Source of the DNA: Pseudomonadota bacterium
GTDB lineage: Bacteria > Desulfobacterota > Desulfobulbia > Desulfobulbales > JAGXFP01
Reading direction: 5' to 3'
Length of the DNA stretch: 64,000 nucleotides
Assembly (NCBI GenBank): GCA_018814305.1
Contig: JAHJAA010000079.1
Span: 10,130-74,129, forward strand
In this document: positions 1-7,437 of the stretch, piece after piece
How the letters are laid out: every line of letters begins with the position of its first letter
Position numbering within the stretch: position 1 is the first letter of the stretch
Translations under genes and position numbers: made by a program
The notes under the pieces: generated by a model
Databases searched by the model: none
Seen by the model: only the letters and a program-made list of their open reading frames with translations
What the model was told of the DNA's origin: nothing

Positions 1-185
1 AATCCTGCCACGGTTCCATGGTTTCTGAAATACCGCTTATGCCTCTTGGTGAGATGGAAAAACTCATGATCGACAGAGCTCTGATCCAGACAAACGGCAA
101 CAAGGCTAAGGCCGCCCAACTTCTTGGTATTGATGCCTCAACTCTTTGGCGAAAGATGAAGAGTTTCGAAGCTAAAACGGTATGA
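1..185 (+). CDS. C-terminal end of a sigma-54-dependent (NtrC/Fis-type) transcriptional regulator; 5' part lies outside the window
   Basis: Frame 3 reads ...PLGEMEKLMIDRALIQTNGNKAKAAQLLGIDASTLWRKMKSFEAKTV*. This is the typical Fis-type HTH tail of enhancer-binding proteins. Stop TGA at 183-185. Confidence 0.6.
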   Translation, partial: SCHGSMVSEIPLMPLGEMEKLMIDRALIQTNGNKAKAAQLLGIDASTLWRKMKSFEAKTV

Positions 186-187
186 TT

Positions 188-889
188 TTAACTCCAGAAA
201 GGAAGCAGGATAAAATAGACAGCCAGCCCCCCAATGACCCCCGCCGCCAGTTTTCGCATGGTCGCTACCGTTTTTCGTCCGGTATGGCTGTGTAGCAGTT
301 CCATGGTCCGGGCGGAAAACATCCCGCAGACGACCAGCGGCAGGCAGTGGCCGATGCCGAACAGGACCAGCATTAAGATGCCGGTTATGATCTCCTTCTG
401 TAAAGTAATGATGCCCAGTATCGGCGCGATAAAGCCGAAAGTACAGACCCCGGCCAGAGTTCCGTAGGCCAGGCCGAGGATGAAAGCTCCCCTCATTCCC
501 TGGATCTGAAAACGGTTGAGGACATTGCCGGTTGCCGAACATTGCGGCTCTTTAAAGAGCGTCCAGGCCACCCAGAGCAGCAAGATGCCCACCGCCACCT
601 GCCACCAGGAACCGATATCCCCCAGCATCCGTCCGGCAACGGTGCAGAGCAGGCCGACCGCCATGATGGTAATAAAGATGCCCAGGGCAAAAAGAATGGC
701 GTAGCGGGCAGCCTGTCTGGGCGCGGGGATCATTTTCTGCCCGGCAACGTAAGCGATCAGGAGAGGAATGGATGCCATGTGGCAGGGGGAGAGCAGAACA
801 CTGACCATCCCCCAGAGAAAGGCGGCGGGCAGGGCGACGCCGGGACTTGCCTGGAGCCAGATGGTTATGCTTATCAGGATGTTGTCCAT
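188..889 (-). CDS. ccdA: CcdA/DsbD-core family thiol:disulfide electron-transfer membrane protein (cytochrome c biogenesis protein CcdA-like)
   Basis: 233-aa polytopic membrane ORF with membrane-embedded Cys motifs (LLSPCHMASIPLL and GIGHCLPLV) typical of CcdA. Its ATG shares one nucleotide with the TAA of the upstream thioredoxin-like gene. Confidence 0.8.
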   Translation of the reverse strand: MDNILISITIWLQASPGVALPAAFLWGMVSVLLSPCHMASIPLLIAYVAGQKMIPAPRQAARYAILFALGIFITIMAVGLLCTVAGRMLGDIGSWWQVAVGILLLWVAWTLFKEPQCSATGNVLNRFQIQGMRGAFILGLAYGTLAGVCTFGFIAPILGIITLQKEIITGILMLVLFGIGHCLPLVVCGMFSARTMELLHSHTGRKTVATMRKLAAGVIGGLAVYFILLPFWS

Positions 890-1314
890 TATCGGGCAAG
901 CAACTCTTCCAGTTTGGTGACCAGGGAGTCCTTGTCCAGAAAACCGGTGTGACGAAAAACCTCCTTCCCTGTTTTATCAAAAAGGATCTGGGTTGGAATA
1001 GCCATGATCTTGAAGGCCCTTGCTTTCTCCTTGTTTGCCTCGTCCCAGACATCAATAAAAATGATCTCCGCCCGGCCTTTGTACTCTCCCTGCAATTCCT
1101 CAAGGATGGGCGCCATCAGTTTGCAGGGGATGCAGGTTTTAGCGCCCAGATCAACCAGGGTGACCGTGTTTTTAGCCGGAATTCCCGGCACGACTTCGCC
1201 TGCGACAGCATCATCACCACCTTTTGCGCAACCAGTGGAAACGATAAGCGTGGTCATTAACAGTAAACCGATGATGATTTTCATGATTCGCAAAGCCACC
1301 GGCATATCCTTCAT
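889..1314 (-). CDS. thioredoxin-fold lipoprotein (TlpA/ResA-like thiol:disulfide oxidoreductase)
   Basis: 141 aa with a lipobox-like signal (LIVSTGC) and a CxxC active site (KTCIPCKLMAPILEEL). The ...IAIPTQILFDK... segment fits a thioredoxin fold. 4-nt overlap with the upstream gene. Confidence 0.75.
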   Translation of the reverse strand: MKDMPVALRIMKIIIGLLLMTTLIVSTGCAKGGDDAVAGEVVPGIPAKNTVTLVDLGAKTCIPCKLMAPILEELQGEYKGRAEIIFIDVWDEANKEKARAFKIMAIPTQILFDKTGKEVFRHTGFLDKDSLVTKLEELLAR

Positions 1315-1541
1315 TTTAGCCAGCCTTCAACTTCCTTTTTGCTCGGGACTTTGCCGACGCATTTGATCTTGCCGTCGATCACCACTGCCGGGGTTGAAAA
1401 GACCCCGTGTTTGGCGATTTCCTGAAAATCAGACACCTTCTCCACCACGGCATCGATCCCGGTTTCGGCAATGACGGTCTTGACGATCTTTTCTGCTTCC
1501 GCACACTTCGGACATCCCGGACCCATTACTTTGATATTCAT
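1311..1541 (-). CDS. small thioredoxin-family protein (redox-active disulfide protein 2 / TM0996-MTH895 type)
   Basis: 76 aa, MNIKVMGPGCPKCAEAEK...STPAVVIDGK. CPKC site and overall layout are typical of this family, which commonly accompanies ArsR-regulated permease operons. Confidence 0.8.
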   Translation of the reverse strand: MNIKVMGPGCPKCAEAEKIVKTVIAETGIDAVVEKVSDFQEIAKHGVFSTPAVVIDGKIKCVGKVPSKKEVEGWLK

Positions 1542-1559
1542 AGTAGAACTCCTTTTTCG

Positions 1560-1961
1560 TTATATCTTTTTTTTGATGTCAATCAGCGGGGTGTTATCCA
1601 GCACATCCACCCCGGAAACCTTTATTTCATTCCCGTTAATTTCAATGACTTCATACTCGGAGACGGCCACCGGGTTTGGTCGAACCGGACTGCGGGTGGC
1701 AAATACCCCCTGCAGCCCCCGGCTTTTGTCTCCTCGAGGATAAACCTTGAGGATATCTCTTGCTGCCTCGTGCAGCCAAAAGAGACAGACGATGGTCTGG
1801 CCAACTTGGACTCCCTCCATGGCCTCACTATATTCCGGAAAAATCTCCAAAGTGCCGGTTTCTTCCGATATGTCAAAATTTCTCGGAGTATGTTCACGGC
1901 TTGTCAACCGGCAATGCATTATCCCGACCGGATTCAAGCTGATGGGATTTTGTTTGCTCAT
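1560..1961 (-). CDS. TrmO/TsaA-like (UPF0066, YaeB family) SAM-dependent methyltransferase domain protein
   Basis: Motifs GVFATRSPVRPNP and DVLDNTPLIDIK are hallmark TrmO-family strings. I place the start at ATG 1961 (MSKQNPISLNPVGIMH). The longer tracked ORF (to 2237) would overlap the permease gene. Confidence 0.75.
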   Translation of the reverse strand: MSKQNPISLNPVGIMHCRLTSREHTPRNFDISEETGTLEIFPEYSEAMEGVQVGQTIVCLFWLHEAARDILKVYPRGDKSRGLQGVFATRSPVRPNPVAVSEYEVIEINGNEIKVSGVDVLDNTPLIDIKKKI

Positions 1962-1975
1962 GGGTTGCTCCGTAT

Positions 1976-3082
1976 TCAGATAATAATATTGAATAGATAG
2001 CCGACGAGGAGAATTCCACAGCCAACCACTCCGATGAAGGTTCCGATCAGCCGCGGCTTCAGGACTTTGCGCAGGATGACCATCTCGGGCAGGGAAAGGG
2101 CGATCACGCTCATCATGAAAGCGAGTACGGTCCCGAGTGCGGCCCCTTTTTCCAGAAGGGCGTGAATCACCGGGACAATCCCTGCGGCATTGGAATACAT
2201 TGGGATACCGACAACAACTGCTGCCGGTACACTCCACCAGGCCCCTTTACCCATGATCGAAGCCATGAAATTTTCTGGGACAAAACCATGGATTCCGGCC
2301 CCGACTGCAATGCCGGCCACCACATAGATCCAGACCTTGCCGACGATATCCTTGACCGCATCCAGGCCATGTTTGAGACGGTCGGACCAGGTGAGATTTT
2401 CATCCGGCATCACGTCAGCATTGGCCCGCAGTTCCTGTACCCAGTCTTCCATGTGTCTTTCCATGCCCAGACGACCGATTACCCAACCGGCTACGATTGC
2501 CACCAGCAGACCGGTGACAAGATAGAGGGCCGCGACCTTCCAACCCAAGAGGCCGTAGAGCAGAACCAGGGCAATCTCGTTTACCATGGGGGCGGAGATT
2601 AAAAATGAAAAGGTAACACCTAATGGGACGCCGGCAGTTACGAAGCCGAGAAAAAGCGGTACGGCGGAACAGGAGCAGAAAGGGGTTACGATTCCGAGGA
2701 GTGCCGCCATGACATTACCGGTCGATTCCCTTTTTCCGGCCAGGAACTTTCTGGTCCGCTCCGGGGTGAAGAAACTGCGGATAATACCCACGCCATAAAC
2801 CACCAAAGTCAGGAGCATCATCACCTTCGGGGTGTCATAGAGAAAGAACTGGATCGATGCTCCAAGGTGGCTGTCTTTGCCAAGCCCTATAAGATCATAG
2901 GTGAGATATCTGGAAAGTGGTTCCAGTTGATAGTATACCGTGTACCAGACTCCAATTCCGAGCAACCCCAGGATGATCTGTGTTGATGTACTTCGTGGCT
3001 TACCTTTGCTCTCTTTTTTTCCACCGCTGCAACAGGCCGGTTGCTCAATAAGAGAACCAATATCTTTCTGAATGTTTTCCAT
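1976..3082 (-). CDS. permease of the COG0701 / ArsP-like (DUF318) family
   Basis: 368 aa with many TM segments. Cys-rich N-terminus (QPACCSGGKK), internal TPFCSCSAVPLF motif and duplicated half-domains are typical of this permease family. Sits downstream of an ArsR gene. Confidence 0.75.
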   Translation of the reverse strand: MENIQKDIGSLIEQPACCSGGKKESKGKPRSTSTQIILGLLGIGVWYTVYYQLEPLSRYLTYDLIGLGKDSHLGASIQFFLYDTPKVMMLLTLVVYGVGIIRSFFTPERTRKFLAGKRESTGNVMAALLGIVTPFCSCSAVPLFLGFVTAGVPLGVTFSFLISAPMVNEIALVLLYGLLGWKVAALYLVTGLLVAIVAGWVIGRLGMERHMEDWVQELRANADVMPDENLTWSDRLKHGLDAVKDIVGKVWIYVVAGIAVGAGIHGFVPENFMASIMGKGAWWSVPAAVVVGIPMYSNAAGIVPVIHALLEKGAALGTVLAFMMSVIALSLPEMVILRKVLKPRLIGTFIGVVGCGILLVGYLFNIII

Positions 3083-3182
3083 GTGCTCGATGCTCGTGAT
3101 GTTTTAAGGTTTGAATGTAAAAGGGAATTTATTCTGATTTTTGCTCGCCAGTCCTGCCAGGCCAGCGGCAGAGAACCCTGTC

Positions 3183-3527
3183 TCAGGCGGCGCAGATTTT
3201 CTGTTTGTCGGCAACCTGAGCCTGCCGGTAGACCTTTCTGATCTCCGGATTATCAAACAACCATTCGCCAAGATGTCCTTGGATTGTTTTCGCGTACTGG
3301 TTGGCAGGGTTTTTTGCCAGTCGGTAAATCACCCAGGGACCTTCCTTCCATGAGTCAATCAGTTCTGCGTCTTCCAGAATTTTCAGATGTTTTGAAACCG
3401 TAGATTGGGCAAGCTTCAGAATCTCGGTTATCTCACAGACACAGAGTGGTTTTGCTTCCAGCATTTTCATGACCTTGATCCGGTTTGGATCGGACAAAGC
3501 TTTCATTACTCTGATAAGTTGTTTCAT
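3183..3527 (-). CDS. ArsR/SmtB-family metalloregulatory transcriptional repressor
   Basis: 114 aa. ALSDPNRIKVMKML...PLCVCEITEILKLAQSTVSKHLKIL is a winged HTH with a CVC metal(loid)-sensing motif. Confidence 0.9.
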   Translation of the reverse strand: MKQLIRVMKALSDPNRIKVMKMLEAKPLCVCEITEILKLAQSTVSKHLKILEDAELIDSWKEGPWVIYRLAKNPANQYAKTIQGHLGEWLFDNPEIRKVYRQAQVADKQKICAA

Positions 3528-3675
3528 GGTTCCTCCAATTAGCTATATCGCCATATGTCGATATGGTAAGATGGAAAGATTATTTGTCAAGACTTGGATG
3601 GTGGAAAATACTTCGGAGAGATTAGTGCTTTGCCAACACCAGAATGGACCGAGGGAAAGGAAAAGCTTAATTACT

Positions 3676-3940
3676 TTAAGGTAAACCCCTGGCTTTGTCG
3701 GGGGACAATAACAGTTTGACTCCGTTTGACAGATCGATACCTGCAGCCATCATGCTCTTCGCTTTAACTAACTCACCTCGCGCAGAGGAAAGCGTTACTG
3801 ACGGGTAATCGCCAAGGGAGAAAGAATTTTCCCTTTTGGCGAACACCACCCTCAGCTTCCACCATTTTCGACCGGATGGTTCAACCACCATCCATAAGCC
3901 CCGCCATCTCGGAGTATATAGGTTTTATCTGCTGGCTTGG
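3676..3940 (-). pseudogene. remnant of a P4-like tyrosine integrase (N-terminal DUF4102-type arm-binding region only; frameshifted and truncated)
   Basis: ORF 3676-3891 reads ...VVEPSGRKWWKLRVVFAKRENSFSLGDYPSVTLSSARGELVKAKSMMAAGIDLS, like the first ~90 aa of P4-type integrases. The preceding KTYILRDGG segment is in a different frame, indicating a frameshift near 3895-3905. The catalytic domain is absent. Lies 3' of tRNA-His. Confidence 0.6.
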
Positions 3941-4029
3941 CAGTTCTGACTGCCGTATCGGCAAGGAGGGAAGTGCCTTGTTTGGACATTTGCGGGCCTC
4001 TTAGCGGGTAGAGGTTTTTGGGAAGTGCT

Positions 4030-4053
4030 TTCTACCCGTTATTCTACCCGTTA
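4030..4053. repeat. perfect 12-bp tandem direct repeat TTCTACCCGTTA x2, with an inverted partial copy GCGGGTAGAG at 4004-4013
   Basis: Read directly from the sequence. Located between the integrase remnant and tRNA-His, so it may be an arm-type recombinase site remnant. Confidence 0.7.
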
Positions 4054-4093
4054 ACGGCTTGGTTTCCAATGGGGATTGGGCCTTGCTGGACAA

Positions 4094-4130
4094 TAAAAAA
4101 ACCCGCTTTCCTTCTCAGGAAGCGGGTTTT
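4094..4130 (-). terminator. rho-independent terminator downstream of tRNA-His
   Basis: Stem ACCCGCTT(T)CC / GGAAGCGGGT with loop TTCTCA. It is flanked by an A-run (a T-run on the minus strand) and by TTTT on the plus strand. Confidence 0.55.
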
Positions 4131-4162
4131 AAAACTTCACCGGATCTCTCCGGATTACTTTA

Positions 4163-4240
4163 TGGGGTGAGCGATGGGACTTGAACCCACGACCTCCGAG
4201 GCCACAACCCGGTGCTCCAACCAACTGAGCCACGCCCACC
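4163..4240 (-). tRNA. tRNA-His (anticodon GTG)
   Basis: Reverse complement is GGTGGGCGTGGCTCAGTTGGTTGGAGCACCGGGTTGTGGCCTCGGAGGTCGTGGGTTCAAGTCCCATCGCTCACCCCA. It folds as a cloverleaf with anticodon loop TTGTGGC, the extra 5' G(-1) typical of tRNA-His, and an encoded CCA. Confidence 0.9.
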
Positions 4241-4394
4241 ATTCAGAGGTGATCTGAAGGAACACTATTTACTCAATCAAAATCGATTTGGCAAGTCAAT
4301 TTCGTGGTTTTTACGAGGTGGCTGCCAAGATCAAAGGGTTGGATTCTTGCTCTTTAGGAGACTGGTTGATTAACCCTAATAAGGGCTTCGTCCG

Positions 4395-5087
4395 TTATCC
4401 CTTCCTTGTTTCCTTGCCGCAATGCTTACAGATCTTGGCCTGGGCCTTGATGATCTCGGCACAGTATCCACACTCGATTCGATTCTGATTTTTTAAAATC
4501 CGGCCGATGGCCAGTTCGGCATACTGGCCGATTTCGGTGTGGAGAAACGTATGGGCGCGGATAGGATCGATGCAGGCCAGATCATCAATTTTATCAAGCA
4601 ACTCGCAGGCCCGGTGTCTCCCCGGCAGACTGGCCTCTTCATCCACGATCAAGGTGATGAGCGGTTTGAGGTTTTTTTCTTCAACACAGGTTTCCAGTTG
4701 CCGTAAGGCCTCTTTCTCACTGTTCAGCCGTTCATTGGTTTTTTCAAGTTCCTCCGGGTCAACGATGGAGCCGGTAAAGGCGTCTTTGCTGCCGACCATC
4801 ATTGGGCCGCCCTTGGGCTCATTGGGCAATAACATATACCGGCACGAGGCGGACTGGCCGTAATTGATCTCGAACTCCTCCCAACTGTTGTTGAACAGAG
4901 GGCAGTCATCATTCAGGCAGATAAAAAATATTTCCGTTCCCCAGCCAAGTCCGTCGCCCACGTGATACGGAGGGGTATGGCAACAGCTCAACTGCTCCTT
5001 GCAGTGGGGGCAGTAATGTTTTTCTTTGGCAATATTATAGCAACGTTTATCCACAAACATCGGGTGATTCCTCCTTTCAAAGTACAT
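4395..5087 (-). CDS. hypothetical protein with N- and C-terminal zinc-ribbon-like Cys clusters
   Basis: 230-aa ORF. Contains CPHC...CLNDDC near the N-terminus and CGYC...CKHC at the C-terminus, with a helical middle. No family recognised. The start may be the downstream ATG at 5060. Confidence 0.5.
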   Translation of the reverse strand: MYFERRNHPMFVDKRCYNIAKEKHYCPHCKEQLSCCHTPPYHVGDGLGWGTEIFFICLNDDCPLFNNSWEEFEINYGQSASCRYMLLPNEPKGGPMMVGSKDAFTGSIVDPEELEKTNERLNSEKEALRQLETCVEEKNLKPLITLIVDEEASLPGRHRACELLDKIDDLACIDPIRAHTFLHTEIGQYAELAIGRILKNQNRIECGYCAEIIKAQAKICKHCGKETRKG

Positions 5088-5652
5088 GGATCAGGGCGGG
5101 GAATGCGTCTTTTTTAAGAAGTTTTTTCTTGCCCGGGGTCCAGAGACGAGACGAATTCTTGCAAGAAGGATTGCGTTTCGAAGAGTTGGGAAAATAATGC
5201 ATAAACGTGACCGGGTCAATGGCGAGGGTACGATTCTTCTTGGTTCATGGTTGTACCGGGGGGTACATAACCACAAAAGGTCGTTTTCCTGAGCTCACTG
5301 GGGTCATTGGATTGAAAAATACTCATCACTGACTAAGAGCTGGATTTGTTCTTTTTTTATAGCAGGTTGGTTGCAACAAGAGCCTCAATAGGATAAGGGT
5401 TTTTGTGGATAAAAATGGCTATTTCGTCTATCGTGTTGAATTCATGTGGTAATGTGATCGAGTTGTTAATTGTGATTGTGAAACTCGTTGACTTTTTCAG
5501 GTCCTGCCAGTAAAAGTTCTTGATTTTCAGACTCCAATGCCACCATCGTTTAAATACGTGCGAAGACCATCTCGATTAAGGTAGGTTGATCGGAGTTTTC
5601 CTTGATCTTTAGTTTTGAATTCAAAGAGTTAATCTTAATTTAGCGGAAAATA

Positions 5653-6729
5653 ATGAACAGCAAGGACAAAGTGCAGCAATCGAAATACGCCGAGGCAGGG
5701 GTTGATATCGAGAAGGGCAATCAATTCATTAAGAACATCAAACCCCTGGTTGCCGCTACTTTTCAACGCGGCGTTATTACCGATATCGGTGGCTTTGGAG
5801 GCCTTTTCGCCCTTGGTGTTGGACGCTACAAGGATCCGGTGCTCGTTTCTTCAACTGACGGAGTCGGCACCAAATTGACCGTTGCCAATCTTTGCAATCG
5901 TCATGACACCATCGGCATTGACCTTGTGGCCATGTGCGTGAACGATGTGATTGTCAGTGGGGCTCGGCCTTTGTTTTTTCTGGATTATTTTGCCATTAGT
6001 CGCTTGGATAATGATCTGGCCGTTGATGTGGTTCGGGGGATCGCCAAGGGATGCGAAATCTCCAAATGTTCCTTGATCGGTGGTGAGACCGCTGAAATGC
6101 CTGGGCTCTATCGGGAAGGGGAATATGATTTGGCCGGCTTCGTGGTCGGTATCGCCGAGCGGGATGATATTATCGATGGGTCGGATATCCGAGTGGGCCA
6201 TAAAATTATCGGCCTGGCTTCATCGGGCATCCATAGTAACGGCTACTCCCTGGTTCGGAAGATCTTTTTTGAGGAGCAGGGGCTTGGGGTCGATGATTTT
6301 GTCGAGGAGTTGGGCTGTACCGTTGGCGAGGAACTGCTCAAACCCACCCGGATTTATACCGAACCACTCCTTAACATCATCAAGAATTTCAGGATCCACG
6401 GTCTGGTTCATATCACCGGCGGTGGATTTTTTGATAATATTCCCCGAGTCCTGCCTCATGGGTGTAAGGCCGTGATCCAGACCGGTAGTTGGGCTATTCC
6501 ACCGGTGTTTAAATTCATGTGTCAGAAGGGCGAGGTGACCCCGGAAGAGATGTTCAAGACTTTCAATTGCGGGATCGGGATGATTGCCGTTGTTGATGCG
6601 GATCAGGCGGATGATATCTGTTTTCAGTTGGCCGCCCTTGGTGAAATGCCCTTTGTTCTTGGAGAGGTCGCAGCCCGACCCGAGGGTGATGAGCCGGTGG
6701 TGATCGATTGTGCCGCGAACTTCGTTTGA
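5653..6729 (+). CDS. purM: phosphoribosylformylglycinamidine cyclo-ligase (AIR synthetase)
   Basis: 358 aa. YAEAGVDIEKGN, DIGGFGGLF, SSTDGVGTK and GGETAEMPG are canonical PurM motifs. Confidence 0.95.
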   Translation: MNSKDKVQQSKYAEAGVDIEKGNQFIKNIKPLVAATFQRGVITDIGGFGGLFALGVGRYKDPVLVSSTDGVGTKLTVANLCNRHDTIGIDLVAMCVNDVIVSGARPLFFLDYFAISRLDNDLAVDVVRGIAKGCEISKCSLIGGETAEMPGLYREGEYDLAGFVVGIAERDDIIDGSDIRVGHKIIGLASSGIHSNGYSLVRKIFFEEQGLGVDDFVEELGCTVGEELLKPTRIYTEPLLNIIKNFRIHGLVHITGGGFFDNIPRVLPHGCKAVIQTGSWAIPPVFKFMCQKGEVTPEEMFKTFNCGIGMIAVVDADQADDICFQLAALGEMPFVLGEVAARPEGDEPVVIDCAANFV

Positions 6730-6900
6730 GCTGATCAGCGCATAACTTCACCGAAACACTGCCTCCCGCTCTCGATATACCACTGACTGACCGATTTCGT
6801 TCTGCCAGGCTCCAGCTGATCCTGCCTGTGGGTCAGCGGTGAGATCTTTTGTCTTGTCTGTTTCTTGACGAATCCCTGATTTTACAGCATTGGGACCTGC

Positions 6901-7431
6901 TCATCCTTTCCCGGTTTTTCCTCCTTCGTCCCCCCCGCAATCAGCCATTCCACCTTTTATTTTGTAGAGTGCATGGGGGAGTGCGTCGATAACCGCCGAG
7001 AGGTTTTCCACGGCACCTTTCTGGCTTCCTGGCAGGTTGATAATCAGGCATTGATTGCGGCAACCGGCCACTCCCCTGGAGAGGATCGCGTTGATGGTTG
7101 AAGCTCGAGAGGCTGAACGCATCGCCTCGCAGATCCCGGGGATCTGGCGATGGATCAAGGGGATGGTGGCCTCGGGGGTGACGTCACTTGGGCTGAGGCC
7201 GGTGCCCCCGGTGGTGAGAATCAGGTCAAGGTGTAATTGATCGGCCCATTCGATGAGGATGTCCTGGATCTCAGGGATCCGGTCGGGAACGATTCGGTCC
7301 GCGATGACGCTATAATGGCGACTGATCAGCAGCTCCCGGAGAGCGGGGCCACTGGTGTCTTGGCGCTCTCCGGCTGCTCCGCGGTCGCTGATGGTCAGGA
7401 CCCCGCATCGATAGGTATCTGCTTTCATCAA
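6901..7431 (-). CDS. mogA: molybdopterin adenylyltransferase MogA/MoaB family
   Basis: 176 aa. Motifs GVLTISDRGA...DTSGP...LILTTGGTGLSPSDVTPEAT...INLPGSQKGA. Confidence 0.85.
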   Translation of the reverse strand: MMKADTYRCGVLTISDRGAAGERQDTSGPALRELLISRHYSVIADRIVPDRIPEIQDILIEWADQLHLDLILTTGGTGLSPSDVTPEATIPLIHRQIPGICEAMRSASRASTINAILSRGVAGCRNQCLIINLPGSQKGAVENLSAVIDALPHALYKIKGGMADCGGDEGGKTGKG

Positions 7432-7437
7432 CGGAGG

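Noticed and set aside
1560-2237. Long version (225 aa) of the TrmO-like ORF extending upstream
   Set aside because: The extra 92 codons overlap the 3' end of the permease gene and encode an Arg/Pro-rich, low-complexity sequence. Family-like sequence begins at ATG 1961.
5088-5652. Possible purine/ZTP riboswitch or small ORF (5086-5292) upstream of purM
   Set aside because: No ZTP (pfl) or purine-aptamer consensus is visible. The 68-aa ORF is Arg-rich with no RBS or motif. A TTGACT-N17-TAAAAG promoter-like string near 5490 is too weak to call.
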